This document shows, piece after piece, positions 17,009 through 26,333 of a stretch of DNA of 33,925 nt. The position numbers and the translations under genes are program-made. The stretch lies in the NCBI GenBank assembly GCA_037441385.1, contig JBBISH010000071.1, positions 1-33,925 of the forward strand. Reading direction: 5' to 3'. Every line of letters starts with the position of its first letter. The first letter of the stretch is position 1. The notes under the pieces are model-generated. The model was not told where the DNA came from and searched no databases. It saw only the letters and a program-made list of their open reading frames with translations. The DNA is from Myxococcales bacterium (GTDB lineage: Bacteria; Myxococcota_A; UBA9042).

Positions 17009-18091
17009 CTAGTCGGACTCCAGCCTTGGCCCGGCGCGAAGGTACGTGCCCGGCACCGAATAGAACTCGAGTACGCGAAGCGCCGCGTCGCGCGCAGGTC
17101 CCCTCTGTTTGCCGCGGTCAAAGACGAGCGCATCGACGAAGGCCGCGACATTCAATCCGATACCCACATACGGCCGCCTGACTCGCACGGCTGCCGGATC
17201 AGACGGGCTCGGTTTGAAGTTGTCGGTCGCGTACCCGACGCCAAGGTCGACATAGCGCAATACGTCGAACCGCGGTCGCAGCCGGACGGCATCTAGGCTC
17301 CCCAGGTGCAGCCACAGGCCGAACTCCATGCCCGTGTAGTCCTCGAATGTGTCGACGTCACCGCGTACTACGCGGCGTCGGTACTCCTGCGACGGCCAGT
17401 AGTGCATACGAAGGTCGAGCAGTTCGTCGACCCTCGGGTTCAGAAGGAACAGGTTTGCGGCGCCGATCCCAGCCAGGTCCGCCAGCAGGTCGCCGGTCGA
17501 AAAGCCAAAACTTCGGTGGAATCCGTCCTTCACTTCGATACCGACGAAGAAGGCGAGCGCGCCCAAACTGGCCAACGTCGCCGACAGGCCAGCTCCCAGG
17601 CCGCCGCGCTGCAACTCCTGGGCAGTTGCCCGGACTGCGACGTAGGAGCCGAACAGGTGCCCCGCTTTGTCGGCGCCGCCCGCGTAGGTATCGCCGCCGA
17701 ACCAGCCCTCGTGCACGAACGCAAAGGGGGCCTTGGCCTGATTGCCGTACCAAGCGAAGTAGGTCCACAGGCCAACTGACGACCAAAACGTGGTGATAGC
17801 ACCCAGGCTTACCGCTTGCCTGAGCCGCGTCGGGGCGCGCAGGGCCGCGTCGCTGTAGCGGAAGTCTGTAGACTCGTTTGGTCGCCACGCGCTTTCTGTC
17901 TCTGCTGCGGCCAGCCCCAGGTCTTCGCCGACTGCAGGCGAATCGGCTTGCTGCGGCGCCGAGCAGCCAAACGTCGCTGCCAGCGCGACGGCCGCCAGAA
18001 TTGCCCGGCCCGTGCTTGTCCCGCGTTGCCTGTGGTCAGTGTCGCTTGGCGGTCGGATGTTCACCTTCCACCCCAGCGGTTGTCCGGTCAC
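17009..18091 (-). CDS. DUF2279 (YfiM-like) outer-membrane lipoprotein; start uncertain
   Basis: ATFGC lipobox; EGWFG...GGADKAGHLFGSY, IEVKDGF..FGFSTGDLLAD, FEDYTG. Confidence 0.8.
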   Translation of the reverse strand: MTGQPLGWKVNIRPPSDTDHRQRGTSTGRAILAAVALAATFGCSAPQQADSPAVGEDLGLAAAETESAWRPNESTDFRYSDAALRAPTRLRQAVSLGAITTFWSSVGLWTYFAWYGNQAKAPFAFVHEGWFGGDTYAGGADKAGHLFGSYVAVRATAQELQRGGLGAGLSATLASLGALAFFVGIEVKDGFHRSFGFSTGDLLADLAGIGAANLFLLNPRVDELLDLRMHYWPSQEYRRRVVRGDVDTFEDYTGMEFGLWLHLGSLDAVRLRPRFDVLRYVDLGVGYATDNFKPSPSDPAAVRVRRPYVGIGLNVAAFVDALVFDRGKQRGPARDAALRVLEFYSVPGTYLRAGPRLESD

Positions 18092-18137
18092 GCGACCGCT
18101 ACTACTCCTCGATCAAGACCCATGCCAACAAGAACGT

Positions 18138-18165
18138 TATGCATCCTTCTTCTACGTATTGAAAT
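18138..18165 (-). repeat. Dispersed boundary motif copy 7, degenerate (ATTTCAATA-CGTAGAAGAAGGATGCATA)
   Basis: 14/19 match to the core plus the TTCAA flank shared with copies 1, 2 and 4. Confidence 0.6.
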
Positions 18166-18303
18166 TGTTAGGTTGCCTGGCGTGCAAACGAAGACAGGAC
18201 GAGAGGTTGCGGAAAATTCCGCAGCAAAATTACCGCTGGGATCGATCACCAAGATGGGCAACATGGCTGCCCGCACCCAGGTGATCATGGTCCGCAGGTA
18301 CCG

Positions 18304-18322
18304 AGTAGGAAATGGCTGCAAC
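18304..18322 (+). repeat. Dispersed boundary motif copy 8 (AGTAGGAAATGGCTGCAAC)
   Basis: One mismatch to consensus; 6 bp from the MFS stop. Confidence 0.88.
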
Positions 18323-18328
18323 CGAAAT

Positions 18329-19522
18329 TCAGGGGATTTGGAGACGGCGGGGGAGGCCCAGCCAGACCGCCGCCGCCGCCACGACGCCGAGGGCAAGGCA
18401 CCCCCCGGCAGCCGCGTGGACGCCACCGGCCAGGTCGGGCACAGCGCTGAGGTTGGCCATCCCGGGCCGGAAGCCGGCGAGGTGCCCCAGCAGGGGCACG
18501 GCAGCGGTGGCTCCAAAATTCCTAAGGAAAATGGCGGTGCTGGTCGCGGCACCTTTGGCTTCGCGCGGGGCGAGTTCCTGGACGGCCAGGTTCAGGCACG
18601 TGATGAGCACGCCCATCGCCGCGCCCAAGATGCCCAGACCCACCGGCGCCATCGTCCAGTGCCACGCCACGCCCAGACCCGCGACGAGCAGGGTCGCCCC
18701 AACTCGCAACAGCGCGGCAAGGCCCCATCGCCCCACTAGTCGGCCTGCGGCATGGCTCGCGGCCGTCCAGCTCAGGGTGAGGGGCAACAGGGCCACGCCC
18801 GCCGCCATCGAATCACCACCTTGGACGCCCTGCACCCACACTGCCACGTGCGCCAAGATGCCGTATAGCGCGGCAACTGCGAGCGCCCCGGCGCCATTGA
18901 GCACCTGTTGTGCCCGCGATCGGAACAGTCCCCTGGGCCACCACGAGTGGCCGCGGTGCACCGCCGGCTCGTCCTTCAGCGCGTGCCACACACCCCACAT
19001 CGCAGCGCCGCCCGGCAGCAGGTTCACCCAGAACACCGCTCGCCAGCCCCACGCGCCCGTCAGCCCCGCGCCCACCAGCGGCCCAAGCAGGGTCGACGCG
19101 CCCCAGACCAGCGAAATCACGCCGAACATCCGCGCGCGGTCCGCGACCGGGTAGCGGTCCCCCAGGATGACGATCGTGACCGGCATCACCGCCCCGCCGC
19201 CCAAGCCCTGAAGCACCCGTCCCGCCAGTAGAAACGGCATCGACGGCGCCCACGCCGCCACGGCCGACCCGGCCAGGAGCAGACCCATCCCCCACGCGTA
19301 CGCTGCCAGACGCCCAAATCGGTCCGCCACCGCCCCGAACACCGGCGTCGCCACCGTCGATGCCGCTATGTAGCCAGTAAAGACCCACGGGAGCAGCCCA
19401 GCATCGCGCAACTCGGTCGCGATCCGCGGCAACACTGCGTTTACGATGGCCATCTCGAGCGACGCGAGCAGAACGCCCACCATGAGCGCTGGCGCCAGGC
19501 CGTTGGGACGCGCGTCGGACAT
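18329..19522 (-). CDS. MFS drug-efflux-type transporter
   Basis: ATG 19522; LASLEMAIVNAVLP, FGAVADRFGR, GRVLQGLGGG, GPLVGAGL...WRAVFWVNL. Confidence 0.9.
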   Translation of the reverse strand: MSDARPNGLAPALMVGVLLASLEMAIVNAVLPRIATELRDAGLLPWVFTGYIAASTVATPVFGAVADRFGRLAAYAWGMGLLLAGSAVAAWAPSMPFLLAGRVLQGLGGGAVMPVTIVILGDRYPVADRARMFGVISLVWGASTLLGPLVGAGLTGAWGWRAVFWVNLLPGGAAMWGVWHALKDEPAVHRGHSWWPRGLFRSRAQQVLNGAGALAVAALYGILAHVAVWVQGVQGGDSMAAGVALLPLTLSWTAASHAAGRLVGRWGLAALLRVGATLLVAGLGVAWHWTMAPVGLGILGAAMGVLITCLNLAVQELAPREAKGAATSTAIFLRNFGATAAVPLLGHLAGFRPGMANLSAVPDLAGGVHAAAGGCLALGVVAAAAVWLGLPRRLQIP

Positions 19523-19751
19523 GTGCTCGCCAGCTCCCAAAATTGCCCCAAAGCGGTGACCATCCCGGCCCGCCGGGCGCAGACGGTGTCTCGCGGGTCG
19601 CGCCGTGTCAACACTCTCGCGCGGACTGCCCGGCAACCACAGATTTCGACTTGCATTGCCGGGCGCGGTCTGTCTACCCTAGCTCGTGACGATGGCTTCG
19701 GTGTGGGCGCAGCATGCGCCTGCGCGGCCCCAAGACGGACGCGAGGTGGCG

Positions 19752-21443
19752 ATGCCTGCACCGCAACGGTTCAAGCTTGTCCGATTCCTGCTGATGGCGA
19801 GCCTGGTTGGGTGCTCGGCCAACAATGCGAGCTCGTCGGGTGGTGCATCCCTCGACGCCAACAGCCTTGCTTTCGACACCGCCATCGACTCTGCAGCGGC
19901 GGCTGACCAAAGCGCGGCAAAGGACGCGACCGCGACAAATGCGAGTGATTCCAGCGATGTCGCGGCCCCAGGGCCCGATGTTGCCAAAGACGCCGCGATC
20001 GCGCCCGACGTCACCGCCGAAGACGCGGGCGGTTCCCCAGATGCCGTCGAGGCGGACACCGCACCGGCCGACACCGCCGCTGCCGACGCCGTCCCCGCTG
20101 ATAGTGCCGATGGCGTGGCTGCGCCCGACGGGCCACTGTGGGACATCGCGAAGGTGAGCGACCCCCTCACCGCCCAGTGCACCTTCAGCGACCCCAAGAA
20201 CGAACTCAAGGACTTGACGATGCTGTCGACCTGGCACGTCACGTACCAGTCCTGGGAGTCGGTCGAAGGCAAACTGGTCCCCATCACGATCCAGGGTTTC
20301 GCCGCCCGGCCGGCCAACGCCAGTGGCAAGCTCCCCGGCGTGATTCTTGCCCACGGTCTGGGCGGTTACGCGACCTTGGAGGGGGCCGAGAGCCTCGCCG
20401 CCCGCCTGGGCATGTTCGTCCTTGCCTACAGCGGACCGGGCAGCGGCACCAACGCCAGCGACACCTCGGGCGGCCAGGGTCCCAGCGCCAAGAACGGCTA
20501 CCGCATGTTCGACACCCTTGTCGACCCGCGCGGTTCCTGGTTCTGGGGCCACGCCACGGCGGCAATGCGCGGCGTGACCTGCCTGGCCAATCACCCCGAT
20601 GTCAACTCGGATAGCCTCGGAATTACGGGATTTTCCGCTGGCGGTGTCATGTCATGGCTGGTAGCGGCCCACGACCCGCGGATCAAGGTGGCGGTGCCGA
20701 TGTCGGGATCCCTCGCCTGGGACGTCGCCACGCAGTCCCCCACGGCCTGGCAACACACGTTGCTGCAAAAGGCCGGGTTGTCGGTCGACAGCCCCGAGTG
20801 GAAAAAGCTCATGAGCGACCTGATCAGTCCCGCCCTGGGCCTCCCCACCACCTCTGTCAAGGTGCTCATGCTCAACGGCACGACCGACGAGTTCTTCCCG
20901 TTGACCGCCACGCAGGCCACCTTCAGCCAACTGCCGGGAAGTGACCACCGCTACTCGCTGATCGGCAACTTTGACCACGGCTGCTTTGGCCTTACCGGCG
21001 GGGAAGCCAAGGCCGACATCGAAGCGCGCGCCAGCCTCCACGCCGACGGCGGACAGCGGATGTGGTTCCGCCACTGGTTCGGCACGGATGCGAACTACGC
21101 GTACGTGCCGCAACCACCCCAAGTCAGCGTGCAATCCGCCAACGGCCTCTCGCTCGTCACTGCCGTGGTCGATAGCGGTGGCAGCAAGCTCGCGGTCGAC
21201 GAAGTGCGTGCCTGGGCCAGCGGCGACAACTGCTACTTCTACGCCTCTGCCACGCTGGATAGCGGCAAGAACGGCGTCTGGTCCAAGCTCGTGCCCCTGG
21301 CTTTCCCGCCCAACGCCGTCTACTACGTCGACGTCCAGTACAAGACCAAGACGCTCGTGCCCGAGAAGTTCACCATCAGCTCCGCGCCCGTCATTCCTGC
21401 CGGACTTGTCCCCAAGATTCGGGCCATCGACAGCTGCCAGTAG
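19752..21443 (+). CDS. Lipoprotein alpha/beta hydrolase (esterase/peptidase-like)
   Basis: ATG 19752 after GAGG; SLVGC lipobox; acidic A/D linker; [15 protein letters not shown] nucleophile elbow, [13 protein letters not shown]. Confidence 0.85.
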   Translation: MPAPQRFKLVRFLLMASLVGCSANNASSSGGASLDANSLAFDTAIDSAAAADQSAAKDATATNASDSSDVAAPGPDVAKDAAIAPDVTAEDAGGSPDAVEADTAPADTAAADAVPADSADGVAAPDGPLWDIAKVSDPLTAQCTFSDPKNELKDLTMLSTWHVTYQSWESVEGKLVPITIQGFAARPANASGKLPGVILAHGLGGYATLEGAESLAARLGMFVLAYSGPGSGTNASDTSGGQGPSAKNGYRMFDTLVDPRGSWFWGHATAAMRGVTCLANHPDVNSDSLGITGFSAGGVMSWLVAAHDPRIKVAVPMSGSLAWDVATQSPTAWQHTLLQKAGLSVDSPEWKKLMSDLISPALGLPTTSVKVLMLNGTTDEFFPLTATQATFSQLPGSDHRYSLIGNFDHGCFGLTGGEAKADIEARASLHADGGQRMWFRHWFGTDANYAYVPQPPQVSVQSANGLSLVTAVVDSGGSKLAVDEVRAWASGDNCYFYASATLDSGKNGVWSKLVPLAFPPNAVYYVDVQYKTKTLVPEKFTISSAPVIPAGLVPKIRAIDSCQ

Positions 21444-21501
21444 ATCCCGTGCTCCAAGTCCTGGCTGGGATGTTGCTGAAAAATCATCAAACAAATCCTA
21501 T

Positions 21502-21520
21502 AGTAGAAAATGGCTGCAAC
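21502..21520 (+). repeat. Dispersed boundary motif copy 9 (AGTAGAAAATGGCTGCAAC)
   Basis: Exact consensus, preceded by an A-rich tract; ~80 bp upstream of the VF530 gene. Confidence 0.9.
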
Positions 21521-21598
21521 GATTTGACGGCGCTCGACAAGCTGGGGCAAGTAAGCCAAGCTGGACCTCCGTCGCCATCTCAGGGCGCGAGGCCCGCC

Positions 21599-21913
21599 AT
21601 GTCCACCGAACCTGACGCCACCGCCCCTCCCGGTCCCGCCGCGGAGCCGCTGCAAGCCGACCTGTCGCACACCAAGCGGCAACCCAACAATCCCCTGCAC
21701 GGGGTCACGCTGGAAGTCATGCTCCGGGCGCTGGTGACTCAGTACGGTTGGCCAGGCCTGGCCCAGCAGATTCCCGTCCGCTGCTTTGCGCAGGATCCAA
21801 GTATGGGCTCCAGCCTCAAGTTTCTGCGGAGGACGCCGTGGGCGCGCGAGAAGGTAGAGAATCTGTTCCTCGCGATGCGCCGCCAGCAGAGTCGCGGTCG
21901 CGAGGTCCGCTAG
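21599..21913 (+). CDS. VF530 family (DUF2132) putative DNA-binding protein
   Basis: [15 protein letters not shown]...[37 protein letters not shown]. Confidence 0.92.
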   Translation: MSTEPDATAPPGPAAEPLQADLSHTKRQPNNPLHGVTLEVMLRALVTQYGWPGLAQQIPVRCFAQDPSMGSSLKFLRRTPWAREKVENLFLAMRRQQSRGREVR

Positions 21914-21915
21914 CC

Positions 21916-24246
21916 GTGGCCGCTGTGCTCGGTCCATGGGGGCGCTTGGCGGACTGCCACCTCGCCAGTGCGGTCGTCGCGGCGGCCCTCGCTGCCGGTT
22001 GCACAGCCATACCGCCTGCTCCAGCGCAGAAGGCGGCGATTGTCCTCGACATTGCTGGCCAGGTCGATGCCGCCGCTGATGCCGGCGCCAACGATACCGC
22101 CGGCAGTGATGACGCAGCGGCGCTTGACGCACAGAGCGGCGACGCGCCCAAGGCAGAAACGCAAGGCGGCGAGACGACTGGCGCGGCCACGGATACTTCC
22201 AAGGCTGATGGCGCTGCGGACACGGGCGTTGCCCCGGATGGCGCGACCGCCGACTCCGACGCCAAGACGCCGCCTTTGGACATCGACGCGGCCGGACTCG
22301 ACGCCCCGCAGTCAGACACGGCCGAACCCGACACGGCCGAACCCGACACGACCGAACTCGACACCGCTGAGGCCGACGTCGCCCAACCCGACGTCCCGGC
22401 CGCCGATGCCCCCGTGCCCGACAGCGCCGCTTCCGATGCGCCGACACCCGATACCCAAGGACTTCCGCCAACTTGCGTCGACGCCCCACCTCCCGCAGCC
22501 GTGACGGGTGGCCCGCTCCCCACCCAATCGCCAGCCGGTGCGGTCCAGACCGTGCAGAACGGCGCCTTCACTGACGACTACCTGCTCCAGGGCGACGGCG
22601 CCCTCAAAATCGGTGTCCGCCGCAACTGGGGCGCCAGCATCATCTTCTACGGCTTCAGCCAACAGCCTGGGCTCAACACCACCAACGTCATCGACGCCAA
22701 CGACACCGGCCGCGAAGTCCAAGTCGCGCTCTACGATCCCGCCCGCGCCATGCAGGGTTGCGCCTACAACGCCACCTGCCAAACCAACCCGGCGGCTAGC
22801 TGCCCCAGCAGCATCACGTACTTGGGCTGGAACCCGGTTCAAGGCGGTAACGAGTGCAACGTCGGTTCGCCCATCGAGAGTATCGGCGGCCAAGACGGCG
22901 TCCTCACCGCAGTCGTGCGACCCAACCACTGGAACCCCGACTGGCAAGAGCCAACCTGCGCCAATTCCGGCTGCAGCGACCCGGCCAAGAAGACCATGCT
23001 CTCCGACGTTCGCTACACCCAGCGGCTCCGCTTTGTGCAGAACAACGTCGTTGAAATTGAAATGCAAGTTCAGAACCTCGCCGCACTGGACCATGCGGTG
23101 ACCCTGCAGGAATTCCCCACGCTCTACGCGGCGTTCGGTGCTGCCGGCACGCCCAACCTGAACGTCCTCCTCGATTCCGCCGGCCAAGTCATCGCCATCG
23201 ACCAGCCCGCCAACGACGGCTTCCTGTTCAAGGCCTTCAACTCGCCCGATGGCTGGGCGACGCTGCAAAACGCCAACCACGACTACGGCGTCGCCCTGTA
23301 CTACGAGAACCGCACGCCGGGCTTTCAGGGCTGGCAAAAAGACGGCGTCTTCAACAACTTCCGCTCTCAATTCGCCTTCGGATTGCCCGCCATGGGCACG
23401 GTTCACGCGCGCGCTTACCTGGTGCTCGGCAGCTTTGCCACCGTCAAGGGCATCCTCGCCGGCCTGGATAGCCAGCTGCCGCCGTTTGGCGCCCTGGACA
23501 CGCCCGCCGCGGACCAGACCATCCCGCTTGGCCAAACCACTGTGAACCTGACGGGTTGGTCTCTCGACAACCACGCGGTCGCCAAGGTGCAGGCGCTCTT
23601 GGACGGCCAGCCGTGGACCGATTTGCCCTTGTCGATCCCGCGCCCCGACGTCTGCACCGCCTGGCCCGGCTACGCCATGTGTTCGGGCGCCGTGGGTTTT
23701 GCCGCGATGGCCACGCTGCCGGCCAACTTGGGCGCCTGCGCCCACCTTGTCGAACTCGTCGCCACCGACAGCCACGGCAACAGCCGCGTCATCGGCAGGA
23801 TGCGTCTATTTACGGGCGGTTCTACGCCGCCGCCCCCTCCAGCCGTACCCGCGCAGCACCCGGTCTATCGCTTCGTCGCCAGTCAAGGCGGCGACCATAT
23901 GTTCGGCCTCACCACCACGCCGCAGTCAGGCTATACTCTAGAGGGGACAGCGTTTTCGCTCTTTGACGGGCCAGGTAGCGCCGCTCAGCCGGTCGTGCCC
24001 ATCTACCAGCGCTACTGCGCTGCCTGCACCGACCACATGCCGTCCTTGGACCCCAACGAGGGTGCGCCCGACTACACCGGCGCCGAGGTTCTGGGCTACT
24101 GCTCGCCGCAACCGACGGCGTGGGCGCCGACCAAGCTCACCCGCATCTACAGCGCCGCGGCCTCGGATCATTTCTTGACGGCCGACCCCGCCGAAGTGGC
24201 GGGCGCCGCGGGCTACGCGGCCGAGTGGTCGTGTTGGGGGCCGTAG
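21916..24246 (+). CDS. Large multidomain lipoprotein (acidic linker, unknown core domain, Ig-like domain, C-terminal DUF5648-like repeat); start uncertain
   Basis: ALAAGC lipobox; DANDTGREVQ...WNPVQGG core; PFGALDTP...GWSLD...RPDVC Ig-like module; VYRF...DHMF...GYTLEG repeats. Confidence 0.75.
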   Translation: MAAVLGPWGRLADCHLASAVVAAALAAGCTAIPPAPAQKAAIVLDIAGQVDAAADAGANDTAGSDDAAALDAQSGDAPKAETQGGETTGAATDTSKADGAADTGVAPDGATADSDAKTPPLDIDAAGLDAPQSDTAEPDTAEPDTTELDTAEADVAQPDVPAADAPVPDSAASDAPTPDTQGLPPTCVDAPPPAAVTGGPLPTQSPAGAVQTVQNGAFTDDYLLQGDGALKIGVRRNWGASIIFYGFSQQPGLNTTNVIDANDTGREVQVALYDPARAMQGCAYNATCQTNPAASCPSSITYLGWNPVQGGNECNVGSPIESIGGQDGVLTAVVRPNHWNPDWQEPTCANSGCSDPAKKTMLSDVRYTQRLRFVQNNVVEIEMQVQNLAALDHAVTLQEFPTLYAAFGAAGTPNLNVLLDSAGQVIAIDQPANDGFLFKAFNSPDGWATLQNANHDYGVALYYENRTPGFQGWQKDGVFNNFRSQFAFGLPAMGTVHARAYLVLGSFATVKGILAGLDSQLPPFGALDTPAADQTIPLGQTTVNLTGWSLDNHAVAKVQALLDGQPWTDLPLSIPRPDVCTAWPGYAMCSGAVGFAAMATLPANLGACAHLVELVATDSHGNSRVIGRMRLFTGGSTPPPPPAVPAQHPVYRFVASQGGDHMFGLTTTPQSGYTLEGTAFSLFDGPGSAAQPVVPIYQRYCAACTDHMPSLDPNEGAPDYTGAEVLGYCSPQPTAWAPTKLTRIYSAAASDHFLTADPAEVAGAAGYAAEWSCWGP
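22315..22374 (+). repeat. 15-bp coding tandem repeat x4 (DTAEP-DTAEP-DTTEL-DTAEA)
   Basis: GACACGGCCGAACCC x2 exact, then two degenerate units. Confidence 0.85.
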
Positions 24247-24268
24247 GGCTTGAAAGGTCAAGTCCTTT
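24246..24268 (+). terminator. Possible intrinsic terminator between convergent genes
   Basis: GGGCTTGA-AAGG-TCAAGTCC stem followed by TTT. Confidence 0.4.
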
Positions 24269-24282
24269 GCCCGTGCCGGCCG

Positions 24283-25626
24283 CTACCGGTAGATGCCCAC
24301 CTGCAGAAACCCGCCCCAGGGCGACATGCCGAATTCACTTTGAATTCCAAGGCTCTGCGCGGTGGCCTGTCCCGCCGGTGTCAGCAGGTCTTGGGACTGC
24401 AGCTTGGTGACCGCGCCCGCAGCCACGCCCCGGCCCAACGGCACGTAGACGCCCGCCCGCACCAGGACGTTCTGCTCGAACCACCACTCCGCGCTCGGCA
24501 GCAGAAGCGCGCTTGGATCCGCGCAATTGACCAGCGTCGTCCAAGTGACCGACAGCAACTCGCTCCAGCGGTAGGCGGCCGCCAGCGCCGCCCGATGCCG
24601 CCCAGCGCCGAACCATTCGCCCCGCAAGTGCTCGCCGTCGCGCAGGATGCTCAGGTATCGCCCGGGGTCCGTGGTGCCACCGCCGTCAAGAAGGTACTCC
24701 CCCATCAGCATCCAGTTCTCGGTCGGCCGCCAATCGCCGCCGACTACGCCACGAAACACCATGTTTTCGTGCCAGTTGCTCAGGCCCCCCCACGGCCCGC
24801 TCCATGCTGCCTCGGCGTGCACGGCCACGGGGCCCACATCGCCCGCCAGGTCGGCACCCATCAGGCCAACACTCGCGTATTTCGCCGCCACAAGGGCCCC
24901 ATCCCAACCCAGCGCATTGGTTTGCGCCCGCACCACCCCGCTCTGGTCGCCCGCCACGCGTTGCGGCAGCCACAGCACGTCGACCAGTGCCGTCGCCCCC
25001 AGCGGCACGGTCCAGCGCACGGCATCCACTCCGCGCCGCACTTCGCGGTCGATGTCGCTCGGCGCAAACGGGGCCAGGCGATCGGTGGGGTTCCAGAAGC
25101 GACCACTGCCCCACGCCAACGCCTGCCGCCCCACCGTCACGTCGCCCAGGCGGCTGCGCCAATGCGCGCTCAGCAGATCCAAGTTGTGGCCGACTCGCAG
25201 GGTAGGCCTACTCAACAGGTAGGGATCGAAGTCGATCAGTCGCCGCTTGGCCGGCGCCAGCGAGGCCGGGGCCGCCCCACCGACCAGGCCACTGCCTCCG
25301 GCGCCTAGCAGCGCGGCGTCGCTCGCCATCGCGGCCGTCACCTGCCAACCGGCTGAGAAGTCAAGGCTATCGCTTGCCAGCCATCGTCCCCACGCCCGAG
25401 CGCTGTGGTAGTTTGCCGCCAACGAACGCGGCAAGTTCGTGTCTTGCCCTGTCAATTTGCTCAGGTGCCCGGCGACATCGACCAAGGCTTGGGGCAGGGC
25501 ATAGCCCACCCCCATGGTCTTGTAGAACGCGCGCCCCTCTAGCGTTGGGCTCGGCTCGTCGGCATTCGCCGGGCTGGAACCCGCCATCAGCGCCACGGCC
25601 GCCCAGGCCAGTGCCCAGCCCTTCAT
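24283..25626 (-). CDS. Putative outer-membrane beta-barrel protein
   Basis: Signal peptide; VTVGRQALAWGSGRFWNPTD...DREVRRGVDAVR; alternating beta pattern; ends FLQVGIYR; last gene of the ABC operon. Confidence 0.75.
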   Translation of the reverse strand: MKGWALAWAAVALMAGSSPANADEPSPTLEGRAFYKTMGVGYALPQALVDVAGHLSKLTGQDTNLPRSLAANYHSARAWGRWLASDSLDFSAGWQVTAAMASDAALLGAGGSGLVGGAAPASLAPAKRRLIDFDPYLLSRPTLRVGHNLDLLSAHWRSRLGDVTVGRQALAWGSGRFWNPTDRLAPFAPSDIDREVRRGVDAVRWTVPLGATALVDVLWLPQRVAGDQSGVVRAQTNALGWDGALVAAKYASVGLMGADLAGDVGPVAVHAEAAWSGPWGGLSNWHENMVFRGVVGGDWRPTENWMLMGEYLLDGGGTTDPGRYLSILRDGEHLRGEWFGAGRHRAALAAAYRWSELLSVTWTTLVNCADPSALLLPSAEWWFEQNVLVRAGVYVPLGRGVAAGAVTKLQSQDLLTPAGQATAQSLGIQSEFGMSPWGGFLQVGIYR

Positions 25627-26318
25627 GCGCCGCCCTTGCGCACGTCCGAGGCAATCTTGCCATCGACCAGATGCACCACTCGCTCCGCCTGCTCCAGGAC
25701 CATCGGATCGTGAGTCGAAAACACGAACGTGATGCCTCGCTCGTGGTTCAGCTGGTGCATCCGCTCGATCAGCGCCCGGCCCGATGCCTGGTCCAGGTTT
25801 GCAGTTGGTTCGTCGGCCAGGACTACCGCCGGCGCTGCCACGATGGCCCGCGCGACCGCCACGCGTTGTTGCTGCCCACCGCTCATCTGCGGCGGCCGGG
25901 CGTCCATCAGCTCGCCAATCCCCAACGCCGCAAAGACTTCGGCCACGATTTTGCGCCGTTCGGCTTTGGGGACCCCACGCAATTGCAGCACATACTCGGC
26001 GTTTTCGGCCGCCGTCAGCACTGGCACCAGATTGTAGCTTTGGAACACAAAGCCGATGCGGTCGCGCCGCAGGTCGGCCAACTGCACCGGCGAAAGGCCC
26101 GCCAGGTCGCGGCCATCGATGCGCACTTGCCCTTGGCTCGGCGAATCCAGCGCGCCAATCAGGTTCAAGAGCGTGGTCTTGCCGCTGCCCGACGGACCTG
26201 CGAGCGCCATGAATTCGCCGGCCTCTACGGTCAGATCCACGCCACGCAGGGCCACCACCGGTGCGCTGCCGCGATCGTGGTACTCTTTGACCACCTGGCT
26301 AACTTGCACCACCGCCAT
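25623..26318 (-). CDS. ABC transporter ATP-binding protein (LolD/MacB-like)
   Basis: GPSGSGKTT, IGFVFQSYNL, MSGGQQQRVAVARA, LADEPTANLD, STHD. Confidence 0.95.
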   Translation of the reverse strand: MAVVQVSQVVKEYHDRGSAPVVALRGVDLTVEAGEFMALAGPSGSGKTTLLNLIGALDSPSQGQVRIDGRDLAGLSPVQLADLRRDRIGFVFQSYNLVPVLTAAENAEYVLQLRGVPKAERRKIVAEVFAALGIGELMDARPPQMSGGQQQRVAVARAIVAAPAVVLADEPTANLDQASGRALIERMHQLNHERGITFVFSTHDPMVLEQAERVVHLVDGKIASDVRKGGA

Positions 26319-26333
26319 CTTGCCCCCTCTTGG

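Noticed and set aside
15998..18165. Integron cassette array
   Set aside because: No RYYYAAC...GTTRRRY attC structure, no intI, and the enclosed genes face each other.
19531..19555. CTCCCAAAATTGCCCCAAAG as a further motif copy
   Set aside because: It lacks the GTAGAA core and is too degenerate to support.
921..21520. Motif as CRISPR repeat (reverse strand reads GTTGCAGCC-ATTTTCTACT..TTGAA, reminiscent of the Cas12a AATTTCTACT handle and of repeats ending in TTGAAA)
   Set aside because: Copies are 0.15-7.5 kb apart in mixed orientation, with no spacer-length periodicity, no TCTAC/GTAGA hairpin and no cas genes.
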